From the NCBI GenBank assembly GCA_937875545.1, contig CALLYE010000073.1:12237-76236 (forward strand): 64,000 nt of DNA. Reading direction: 5' to 3'. The position numbers and the translations under genes were made by a program. The notes beneath the pieces were generated by a model. That model was not told the origin of the DNA and did not search any database. It saw only the letters and a list, made by a program, of their open reading frames with translations. Shown piece after piece: positions 18,971 to 26,890 of the stretch (position 1 is the first letter of the stretch; each line of letters opens with the position of its first letter). The DNA comes from an uncultured Clostridia bacterium. GTDB taxonomy: Bacteria > Bacillota > Clostridia > Oscillospirales > CAG-272.

Positions 18971-21448
18971 TTATTTAAGCAATTCGTCTACTTCAAAATT
19001 TTCGAGATTCACAAAAGATTTCGCGTCCGAGGTGTTATAAGGCATGCCTTTACTGATACTGCGGCGCTCCATATAGCCGCCCATGCCCTCTAACAGCGTA
19101 AGCACTTCCCTTTCATCTGATTTGATATCGAACACATATATCCCGTGCGTCGCGCATTCGGGGTACATTTCAAGCAGCTCGGTTTTCGCGTTCTCAGTTG
19201 CGCATAAACCCGGATCTTTTAAGGTGTAATAAGCGCGTACTTTCTTCTCCGCTTCGGCGGAGGTCGGATATTTGACGGTGAAAATGCTTTCAAAAGTTCC
19301 CCTGTCAACCATATACGGCAGCAGCCCCATAGGTTTGCCGTTGATCTCGTATACGAGGGAATACGAGTCCTGCCATCCCTTAACTTCTTTCATCGCGATA
19401 CGATTGAGCAGATCTGTTGCTTCTTTGTGAACGCTTACCTTTATGGATGTTATCTGGTCAGCCTGTTCTTTGGGCAGTCTCATCTCCTTCACATAATCCT
19501 GCCGCCCGTCGGTGACGAAATAATCCAGCAGCGCGGCATAAAGCAATTGATTTTCTATCTTGACATATTCGCCCGCGGGAGCTTCTTCAACCGGCGGGAT
19601 ATCCAAATCCGGGTTGGCGGATTTATCTGTTTTAATATCGATAAGTTCTATAACCCACGCGTCATAATCCCCCGTTTTGACGCTGTCGGAGATATCATCA
19701 AGCGGCTGTTCCTGACCGTTGACCGTAAAACTGTCGAGATTCCCGAACAGTTTCAAATCCGCCAGCGAGAAAGAACCGCCCGCAATCAAAGGGTCAAACA
19801 GCCCCGCCGCGTTCATGATGGAAACGAGTAATGCTGTTTCCCTTTCTGACCTGACCGGGTCAAGCACATACAAGTTTTCTTTTTCTACCATAGGATATAA
19901 ATCCAAGAACTCTTTATAGCGTGTGGGCTGGGTGTTCCCGTTTTTATCTACAAACGACAAGCCGGTATTTCTCATTTCTTCACCGACAAGGCAGTGGAAC
20001 GCGTCGAAAACCCTGGCATAGGTTACTTCTTTTGACACATTGCTTATACCAAGACTCTTCAGCGCGGGTTGGACGATATTCTCATATCTGTCTTTTGAAA
20101 AATATTCGGGCAGCACACCCAAACGCACGCCGTTGATTGATACATCCGCGAAGGTGGTTTCTTCACCGTTGCGGTCAGGCATTTTAACAAGCTCTACATT
20201 TACAGATGTTATTTCGTCCAGTTGTTCGTCGGTTACCTCGCCGCCAAAATATTCGCTGACGGCAAGCCCTATGACGGGGTTGACAAAACGCGATTTTTCG
20301 CCGTCCGCGGCTGAAACCGATATGGTCGGTACACCGCAGGAGGATAAAAACAGCACGTTTAACATCAGCGCTGACAATATAAAAACAGCCACGATGATAA
20401 CGGATTTTTTATTATTTGACTTTTTCATGTTTATAAACCTCCGTTTAATAAAATTAAAGTCACGGCTTCCCTCAAGGAAGATTGCAGTATTGGTTAATTT
20501 ACGTTCATCCGTTCTTTTTCCGCCGTATGAAGCAAGCATATCGAAGATCATACCCGCGTATGCCCCGCGCGTTTCCCGACCTGTTATGGCGAGAACGCGC
20601 TCGTCGCAGGACAGCTCACAGTCCTCGTACCGCAGACGGGAGAGGACGCCAAACAGCGGATTGAACCAGTGCAGGGCGCAGATAAACAGCGAAAACCCGG
20701 CGTACAGTACGTCCAGCCGTTTTACATGGATAAGCTCGTGGATGAATATCAGGCGCAATTCGCCCTCATTCCTGTTAATATCACAGCGAGGTATATAGAC
20801 TACAGGTTTAAACAGTCCCGCGAGACAGGGCGATATGAGATGTCCGTCGTCCACTACGCGAAGCGCGACGTTTTGTTTTATACCCGCCTCGTCTCTACAT
20901 TCATAGAACGTCAGGGTATGCTTCGGCTCGGTACAATGAGAGAACCGATACATCCGCCGCAGTGTCTTTTTATATGCCGCCGCGTTTTTAATGATGATAA
21001 AGACCACGCCCGCGATCCATATCGTAAACAGACCGGCGGAGATTTTTCCCGCGCAGGCTTTTAATGCTGTGAGCGCTTTATTTATTACGCTCTCGTTTTT
21101 GCGTACAGGCGTTATTATGACATCGGAAACTGTTTTTTGCAGTATGCCGCCGTCAATTTGACGCGAGACGCGAGGGATATAGGATATGTCGGGTATACCG
21201 TCCAATGCAATGTCGGTATACAGCGGATACGCGGCGGCGGTTTCCGCCGGCTTTGTGATGACCGGCAATTTTATCCGCAGCGGCAGTATCGCCAACAGCA
21301 GGACAGGCAGCCACAGATAATATTTTACGCGTCCCGAAGCGTCTTTGAACACGGTGCGCCGCAGGATTAACAGAAACGCGATGGTTATCACGCTGCACAG
21401 AGATAACAGCGCGAGGGTGTATGCCGTATAGAAAGTAAAATTATACAT
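18971..21448 (-). CDS. BlaR1/MecR1-family M56 peptidase signal transducer with a large non-PBP extracellular region
   Basis: N-terminal TM helices, zinc motif HELIH (aa 237-241, FIHELIHVKRLD) and a further TM at aa 349-370. This is followed by about 455 extracytoplasmic aa consisting of two homologous roughly 190-aa modules. GAGAGGGA SD upstream. Confidence 0.85.
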   Translation of the reverse strand: MYNFTFYTAYTLALLSLCSVITIAFLLILRRTVFKDASGRVKYYLWLPVLLLAILPLRIKLPVITKPAETAAAYPLYTDIALDGIPDISYIPRVSRQIDGGILQKTVSDVIITPVRKNESVINKALTALKACAGKISAGLFTIWIAGVVFIIIKNAAAYKKTLRRMYRFSHCTEPKHTLTFYECRDEAGIKQNVALRVVDDGHLISPCLAGLFKPVVYIPRCDINRNEGELRLIFIHELIHVKRLDVLYAGFSLFICALHWFNPLFGVLSRLRYEDCELSCDERVLAITGRETRGAYAGMIFDMLASYGGKRTDERKLTNTAIFLEGSRDFNFIKRRFINMKKSNNKKSVIIVAVFILSALMLNVLFLSSCGVPTISVSAADGEKSRFVNPVIGLAVSEYFGGEVTDEQLDEITSVNVELVKMPDRNGEETTFADVSINGVRLGVLPEYFSKDRYENIVQPALKSLGISNVSKEVTYARVFDAFHCLVGEEMRNTGLSFVDKNGNTQPTRYKEFLDLYPMVEKENLYVLDPVRSERETALLVSIMNAAGLFDPLIAGGSFSLADLKLFGNLDSFTVNGQEQPLDDISDSVKTGDYDAWVIELIDIKTDKSANPDLDIPPVEEAPAGEYVKIENQLLYAALLDYFVTDGRQDYVKEMRLPKEQADQITSIKVSVHKEATDLLNRIAMKEVKGWQDSYSLVYEINGKPMGLLPYMVDRGTFESIFTVKYPTSAEAEKKVRAYYTLKDPGLCATENAKTELLEMYPECATHGIYVFDIKSDEREVLTLLEGMGGYMERRSISKGMPYNTSDAKSFVNLENFEVDELLK

Positions 21449-21464
21449 AGCATTCCCTCTCGTT

Positions 21465-21872
21465 TTACGGGTTTTTGTCCGGGCGGAATTCTGCCATCCA
21501 GTCCCGCAGTTCCGCTATTTCTTCTTCGCTGAGCTTTTTGCTTTTAAACAATGCCATGATAAGGTTCTTCGGGCTGTCTTTGTACATCGAGGATATGAAG
21601 TGGTCGGTCGCCTCGTTTTTGTATTCTTCCTCCCGCACAAGCGGAATATAATAATTTGTGCGCCCTGACTTATCGATGGATATGAAGCCCTTGTCTTTCA
21701 GCCGTGTTATCAGGGTCAAAACGGTAGTCAGACTGCGCCCCGCGATTTGCTCCGGGTAACGCAGCATCAGGTCGCCCGCCGTAATGTTTTCCGCGCCGTT
21801 CCGTTTCATGTCCCAGATAAGCTGCATTATAAGCAGCTCGGTTTCAGACAGCCGTGTCTTTTTTTGGCCCAA
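21465..21872 (-). CDS. BlaI/MecI/CopY family transcriptional repressor
   Basis: Winged-helix N-terminus (LSETELLIMQLIWD...) and a C-terminal dimerisation helix. Start moved to TTG 21872 (GGAGGTGAT SD, 8-nt spacing). The longest ORF starts at ATG 21908. Confidence 0.85.
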   Translation of the reverse strand: MGQKKTRLSETELLIMQLIWDMKRNGAENITAGDLMLRYPEQIAGRSLTTVLTLITRLKDKGFISIDKSGRTNYYIPLVREEEYKNEATDHFISSMYKDSPKNLIMALFKSKKLSEEEIAELRDWMAEFRPDKNP

Positions 21873-21920
21873 TCGTATCACCTCCGAAAAAATATTGAGT
21901 TGATGCATCTCTCTGGTAAC

Positions 21921-21949
21921 AGTATACTCCGTTGTTCTACATTTGTCAA
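21921..21949 (-). promoter_or_regulatory. sigma-A type promoter TTGACA-17-TATACT of the blaI-blaR1 operon
   Basis: On the minus strand, TTGACA (21949-21944) and TATACT (21926-21921) with a 17-nt spacer, about 45 nt upstream of the TTG start. Confidence 0.6.
21938..21947 (-). promoter_or_regulatory. candidate BlaI/CopY-type operator (TACAnnTGTA-like)
   Basis: The minus strand reads GACAAATGTA, a 9/10 match to the TACAnnTGTA box. It is embedded in the dyad CTAC-N9-GTAG and overlaps the -35 hexamer and spacer. Confidence 0.5.
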
Positions 21950-21960
21950 GTAGTGTTTTA

Positions 21961-21993
21961 AAAATAAAACCGCCGAGAAGCGGTTTTATTTTT
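21961..21993. terminator. bidirectional rho-independent terminator
   Basis: AAAATAAAACCGC-CGAGAA-GCGGTTTTATTTTT. It serves the minus-strand FGE/GH gene. Confidence 0.75.
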
Positions 21994-22134
21994 AGTGTTT
22001 ATTTTTTTACGAAGAACGCTTCCCACACTGCGATGACAAAGCCCGCGACGCACATAAGGCAAAATATCATGAGGAGCGGCGTTTTTTAGCACTGTTAACC
22101 TTTTGTTAACGATGTGTTAATTGAGTTTTTTTAC

Positions 22135-24744
22135 CTATTTAATTTTCTTTTCGGTTATCCCGTCGGTTTCGTTATAAGCGAGCAGCAAGCCGCCCGCTTC
22201 GTCCTCTGGTTTTATATGTACAACATATTCGCCGTCGAGCCGTCCGTCGGGCAGGTCAACCCCGCGCGAGAGCAAAAATTCCGATATCTGCGCCGTATAT
22301 CTGTGTTGTATTGCGTTCCGGTTTTCCTCGCTGCGTGGCAAGTCAATACGCAGGGTCGCACCGCGCCCGATATTGCGCGTACCGTTAACGCGCTTATGCA
22401 ACAACATACCGGCGAAATCGCTTTTGTTAAACTTATCACCGTCCAGCGCCGTCAGCTCCGCGACGTCGACGGCGATAAGCAGACCGCCCGCATTAACAAA
22501 CTTTTTAATCTTACGCAGCGTTTCGTTTCTGTAAACACCTCCAGCGATCAAAAACAGCGCCCTGACACCTCCAAGCGCGCCGTCCGCGGCCGATATATCG
22601 CCTATACAAGCGAAATCGGCGAAGTCGCGCAATGCCGCCATGAACCGGCGCGTATAATCGTGTATCGAGGGGTCAAAAATCGCGGGTAGATCGGGATATA
22701 ATACCGCTATCTCACGTTTCGGTGTGCCGCGTCTTAGAAATTGAAGGTTATTCGACAACGCCTTCATGCCGTCGCTGTAATTTTCGGTATGAGCGGCTCC
22801 CGCGCGGATCGTCGGATTATTTATTTGCAGCTCGCTCGCACCCGACGCCGCCGCGATATGAACGAGCGCCGCCGCCTGCTTCTCCGATTTCGGAAACGCT
22901 CCGCACAGCGCAATCTCCGTACCGTAAAAAGTGCCCGCCGACACCGCCAGGATTATACCGTTTATATCGGCGGGAGTCAGACAGCCGGCACCCTTCACGA
23001 TGACGCCCGCGCCGTATTCGGCTGCGATTTTACACTGTTCCTCTTGTTCAGCCGTCATCCAGCTCTCGCATTGACCGCCAACCTGCAGCCATAACTTCGC
23101 GCCGGGAAAATATCTTTTCGCAAGCTTCAGCCCCGCGGCGCAATATTCTGTTTTTGACGCTCGGTACCAATCTATAAAATCGATCAGCCTGCGCATTTCC
23201 TCCGGCGACGCACAGCGTATCCGTCCCGCGGCGGTAGGTTCATCAACGCGGAAATCAAGCGGCGTAGTGAACACCGGCGGATAGCAGATTTTATTAAAAT
23301 CGATGAACGATTCGCCCCACGCGGTGTTAAGGTTGTTTATATCACCGTATTTTTTAACCATTGTGGATTTAAAATCTTCGCGCGCAAACGAATCGCCGCA
23401 CCAATAGCCCGCGTGAACGTGACAACAATCGGATTTATCCGCCGCTATGATACCGCCGTCATTCGATATCTCCGATCCTGATACGCTGCACACATCCAGC
23501 GTCAATTCTTCTACTTGACCATATCTGCTCTGATGCTCTGCAGCGGCGGCGAAAAAGCGTTCGATATGGCGAAAAAAACGCTTGTCCCATATTGACTGTC
23601 TGCAAGTCGTCATGCCGTGTTCAAGACAAAAGGCGGGATAATAGTCGCGCGATTGGCGGAACCAGTTCGGCAGCGAATATGCCGGACCGGCGATAAAACA
23701 GGGCCGCCATCTCAGCCCCGCGCCGCGCGCATGGGTATACAATCTGTCCCACTCGGAAAAATCCCACTCTCCCCTGCCCTTTTTTTCGCATGACGCCCAT
23801 GTCACGGGCTGCTCTACGCATCCAAAGCCAAGCTCCGCAAGCCGCCGCAGATCGGTATCGGATCCGGGATCAATCACAGCACACAGCATAGCTTTGTCGG
23901 CGGTTGTCGATGCGCCAACGGGCAGCTCGGGTTCGCAAACGGCGCTCCTGACGACCGGCGTTCCATTGCCCCGGAGCGGTGATAAAACCGGATCTGCCGA
24001 GCGGTCGCCGGCAAGCAGACGCTCGGCGTCAGCGGCATCGATGGCGCAGCGGAACCCGCAAAAGTTCGAAGCCGCTCCGTGTTCCGCCCGGCGGCGGCGC
24101 GAGATGCGCAGGTCGCGTATCGTCGAGTGATAACAGCCGCCGCGCTGCACGGCGATATTATTTATAATGCCGTCCGGGGCGGATTTACCGAATTCTGTAT
24201 CGCTGTAGTCATAATAATGACCACCCGTCCACTCCCATACATTGCCCGCCATATCGTATAAACCGAAGTGGTTGGGCAGGTAGGTCTTGACCGGTGAAGC
24301 GTGTTTATAACCGTCGTTGAAATACGGGTTCCGCCATTCGTAATCGGAGCAGCTATCGGCGAAATTGGCGTATTTGTTCGCTTCATATTCATTTGTGCCC
24401 CACGGATAAGCGGCGCCGCGCGCTCCGCCAGAAGCGGCGTATTCCCACTCAGCCTCGCTGGGTAAACGTTTGCCCGCCCAGCGGGCGTAGGCGATTGCGT
24501 CGAGCCTGCTCACCCTGACAACCGGGGAGTTTGGGCAATCGAGAAAATAATTGTCGTATTCCTCCCATTCGGGCGAAAGCGGATATGGTTTACCCGTCGC
24601 ATCGCAGAAAGCGCGGTATTCGGCGTTGGTAACAGGCGCTTCGTCAATATAAAAATCATGGATTTTAACCGTGTGGGGGGGCGCTTCTTCCGGATAGCCG
24701 TCATCCGCGCCCACACGATATATCGCTGCGGGAATATATCGCAT
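22135..24744 (-). CDS. fusion protein: N-terminal SUMF1/FGE-like domain + GH42-like TIM-barrel glycosidase-like region with GATase-like C-terminal domain
   Basis: Roughly aa 1-235 carry FGE-fold motifs (HTVKIHDFYIDEAPVTNAEY, GNVWEWT, RGGCYHS, GFRCA). Downstream, WASCEKKGRGEWDFSEWDRLY...GLRW...GPAYSLPNWF and KKYGDINNLNTAWG resemble GH42-type enzymes. ALFLIAGGVYRNETLRKIKKFVNAGGLLIAVD resembles the trimerisation/GATase-like domain. No signal peptide. Confidence 0.65.
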   Translation of the reverse strand: MRYIPAAIYRVGADDGYPEEAPPHTVKIHDFYIDEAPVTNAEYRAFCDATGKPYPLSPEWEEYDNYFLDCPNSPVVRVSRLDAIAYARWAGKRLPSEAEWEYAASGGARGAAYPWGTNEYEANKYANFADSCSDYEWRNPYFNDGYKHASPVKTYLPNHFGLYDMAGNVWEWTGGHYYDYSDTEFGKSAPDGIINNIAVQRGGCYHSTIRDLRISRRRRAEHGAASNFCGFRCAIDAADAERLLAGDRSADPVLSPLRGNGTPVVRSAVCEPELPVGASTTADKAMLCAVIDPGSDTDLRRLAELGFGCVEQPVTWASCEKKGRGEWDFSEWDRLYTHARGAGLRWRPCFIAGPAYSLPNWFRQSRDYYPAFCLEHGMTTCRQSIWDKRFFRHIERFFAAAAEHQSRYGQVEELTLDVCSVSGSEISNDGGIIAADKSDCCHVHAGYWCGDSFAREDFKSTMVKKYGDINNLNTAWGESFIDFNKICYPPVFTTPLDFRVDEPTAAGRIRCASPEEMRRLIDFIDWYRASKTEYCAAGLKLAKRYFPGAKLWLQVGGQCESWMTAEQEEQCKIAAEYGAGVIVKGAGCLTPADINGIILAVSAGTFYGTEIALCGAFPKSEKQAAALVHIAAASGASELQINNPTIRAGAAHTENYSDGMKALSNNLQFLRRGTPKREIAVLYPDLPAIFDPSIHDYTRRFMAALRDFADFACIGDISAADGALGGVRALFLIAGGVYRNETLRKIKKFVNAGGLLIAVDVAELTALDGDKFNKSDFAGMLLHKRVNGTRNIGRGATLRIDLPRSEENRNAIQHRYTAQISEFLLSRGVDLPDGRLDGEYVVHIKPEDEAGGLLLAYNETDGITEKKIK

Positions 24745-24828
24745 TGTCTTGTCCGCAAGGATTATTGGATCTCTTATAATGTCATTCTCCCCCTATAAAT
24801 ATAAAATAAGTAAATACCGCGGGAGATG

Positions 24829-24879
24829 GGTGATCGCCCCTACATAATGCGTTTACCGCACATTGTAGGGGCGACCACC
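24829..24879. repeat. 16-bp-stem hairpin of the TGTAGGGGCG family
   Basis: GGTGATCGCCCCTACA (24829-24844) and TGTAGGGGCGACCACC (24864-24879) are inverted repeats with one mismatch. The 19-nt loop contains a mini-hairpin. It lies 20 nt downstream of the isomerase gene stop on the minus strand. Confidence 0.7.
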
Positions 24880-24898
24880 CGTAGCTTGTTTTAAAATA

Positions 24899-25684
24899 TT
24901 ATTTTATACCGTGCGCCGCCAATTTTTCGCGCAGGAAATCCGCCGCCATGCGAACATCGGCTTCAGGATTGCCGCCGACCTCACGTTCGATGGTTAAAAA
25001 GCCGTTGAACCCGGTCGATGCGAGCGCGGGCAGATATTCATCAAAGTTGACGTTGCCGCTTCCGAGCGGCAGTTCCTCCCAGCCTTCGCAGTTGCCGACC
25101 ATGACGCCGTCCTTGGCGTGGGTATGTACGATATATTTCCCCAGTACCTTTACCGCTTCGGAGGCGATGTCGCCGACACACATTACAAGGTTCGCGGGGT
25201 CAAAGTTTACGCGCACGCCCTGTGCGCCGAGGCTGTCTAAAAAGTCGCGCAGCACAACCGCTTTTTCCGGCCCGGTTTCAACCGCAAAGGTCGCGCCGAT
25301 AGAATCTCCGTATTCAGCCAGCTCGCGGCAGGCGGCGCGCATGATCTCTTTGGTTTTGCACTCATCCTCGGGTACGACCCCGATATGCGTGGTGACTATC
25401 GAGCAGCCCAACTTTTTAGATAAGTCGAGTACGCGTTTCGATTTGTCGATCAGTTCGGGATTACGGTCGGGGTCTGTGAATCCATGGCCGAAATCGCCGC
25501 ACAGCGCGGAAAATACCAGTCCGTGACCGGTTACAATATCGAGCAGTTCGCGCGCCTGCGCGTCTGTCATATTATAATCGTCCGTTGCATATTTTTGTAT
25601 GCCCTGCGCGCCTAAATCAGCGGCGATGCGGACACCCTCCTTGAAATCGCGGCGGAAACTTTCCACCATGACGCCAATTTTCAT
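24899..25684 (-). CDS. sugar phosphate isomerase/epimerase (xylose-isomerase-like TIM barrel)
   Basis: 261 aa, with typical AP-endonuclease-2/xylose-isomerase-like TIM motifs (...VTTHIG..., FAVETGPE, NFDPANL, HAKD, TIE). GGAGG SD upstream. Confidence 0.85.
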   Translation of the reverse strand: MKIGVMVESFRRDFKEGVRIAADLGAQGIQKYATDDYNMTDAQARELLDIVTGHGLVFSALCGDFGHGFTDPDRNPELIDKSKRVLDLSKKLGCSIVTTHIGVVPEDECKTKEIMRAACRELAEYGDSIGATFAVETGPEKAVVLRDFLDSLGAQGVRVNFDPANLVMCVGDIASEAVKVLGKYIVHTHAKDGVMVGNCEGWEELPLGSGNVNFDEYLPALASTGFNGFLTIEREVGGNPEADVRMAADFLREKLAAHGIK

Positions 25685-25773
25685 TATTAAAATACCTCCG
25701 AAATATTGTTTTTAATAGCGGGGGGCAAGCACCCACCCTGCGGTTTATACTTATTATACTTAATTTTTTCCAC

Positions 25774-25789
25774 TTTGTCTATAGACAAA
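25774..25789. promoter_or_regulatory. 16-bp perfect palindrome, candidate operator
   Basis: TTTGTCTATAGACAAA is its own reverse complement. It lies in the divergent intergenic region between the isomerase gene (-) and the HAD gene (+). Confidence 0.4.
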
Positions 25790-25943
25790 TTCTTATTTTT
25801 ATTATATAATATTAACTAATCACAAATATTATTAATAAGATATAACTTGAACAACCGGTTTTAATATGGTAAAACTTTTTGTTCAAATAGGGAGTTTTGT
25901 GCTTCGCACCCGCGTCAGAAATTAAAAGGATGGTTATAATAAT

Positions 25944-26735
25944 ATGGCGTCACCTTTACCGGCGATAAGTGAAAAAAAGGCGTTCATCATCGATATGGAC
26001 GGAGTTATATACCACGGAAACAAATTGCTTCCGCATGTACCCGCGTTTGTGGACTGGCTTGTGGATAATAACAAGCAGTTTTTATTTTTAACCAACAGCA
26101 GCGAGCGCGCGCCCCGCGAGCTGTGCCACAAGCTCAGCCGCATGGGACTGTCAATCAGTGAGGAGCATTTTTACACCAGCGCGCTTGCCACGGCGTCATT
26201 TTTGTCCAACCAGTGCCCGGGCGGAAGCGTTTATGTCATCGGAGAACCGGGGCTTGTCAACGCGCTTTACGACGCCGGATTGAGCATGAACGATTATAAC
26301 CCCGATTATGTGGTGTTCGGCGAAACGCGCTCGCTGTCCTATGAAAAGATCGAGAGGGCTGTCAAACTTGTGCAGCGCGGCGCTAAACTGATCGGCACAA
26401 ACACCGACCTCACCGCGCCGTCGGAGAACGGTATCATCCCCGCCTGCCGCGCCCTGATTTCACCCATCGAGATGACAACAGGCAAAAGCGCCTATTACAT
26501 CGGGAAACCCAACCCGCTCATCATGCGCCACGCTATTAAAAAGCTCGGCTGTCATCACGCTGAGGTTGCCATCATCGGCGACCGCATGGACACCGACATT
26601 GTCGCAGGTATCGAAAGTGAGCTTGATACCATACTCGTTCTTTCCGGCGTCACCACTCTCGATACGATCAATCTTTTCCCATATCGACCCACATATATTT
26701 ACCCGCATGTAGGCGCCATCATCGGCGAGGAATGA
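25944..26735 (+). CDS. HAD-IIA family hydrolase (NagD-like sugar phosphatase)
   Basis: FIIDMDGVIYHG (motif I), LTNSS (motif II) and YIGKP...GDRMDTDI (motifs III/IV). Confidence 0.85.
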   Translation: MASPLPAISEKKAFIIDMDGVIYHGNKLLPHVPAFVDWLVDNNKQFLFLTNSSERAPRELCHKLSRMGLSISEEHFYTSALATASFLSNQCPGGSVYVIGEPGLVNALYDAGLSMNDYNPDYVVFGETRSLSYEKIERAVKLVQRGAKLIGTNTDLTAPSENGIIPACRALISPIEMTTGKSAYYIGKPNPLIMRHAIKKLGCHHAEVAIIGDRMDTDIVAGIESELDTILVLSGVTTLDTINLFPYRPTYIYPHVGAIIGEE

Positions 26736-26890
26736 ATAAAGAGCGGTATTTACGCGTATATTGGGAGCTTTGTCACCTGCTTAATAATAATTTAAGACTT
26801 TATGTACTTCTATATTAATATTTTTTATGGTACAATCAGTCACAGTAAAAATGAAGGCGCGCGCGGACATTAACGTACATAAAACTTGAA

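Noticed and set aside
18971-20335. Annotating the BlaR1-like protein as a beta-lactam sensor.
   Set aside because: The extracytoplasmic region is an internally duplicated roughly 190-aa module. It does not resemble the single class-D beta-lactamase-like acyl-enzyme domain of BlaR1/MecR1. Only the M56 protease-transducer part is supported.
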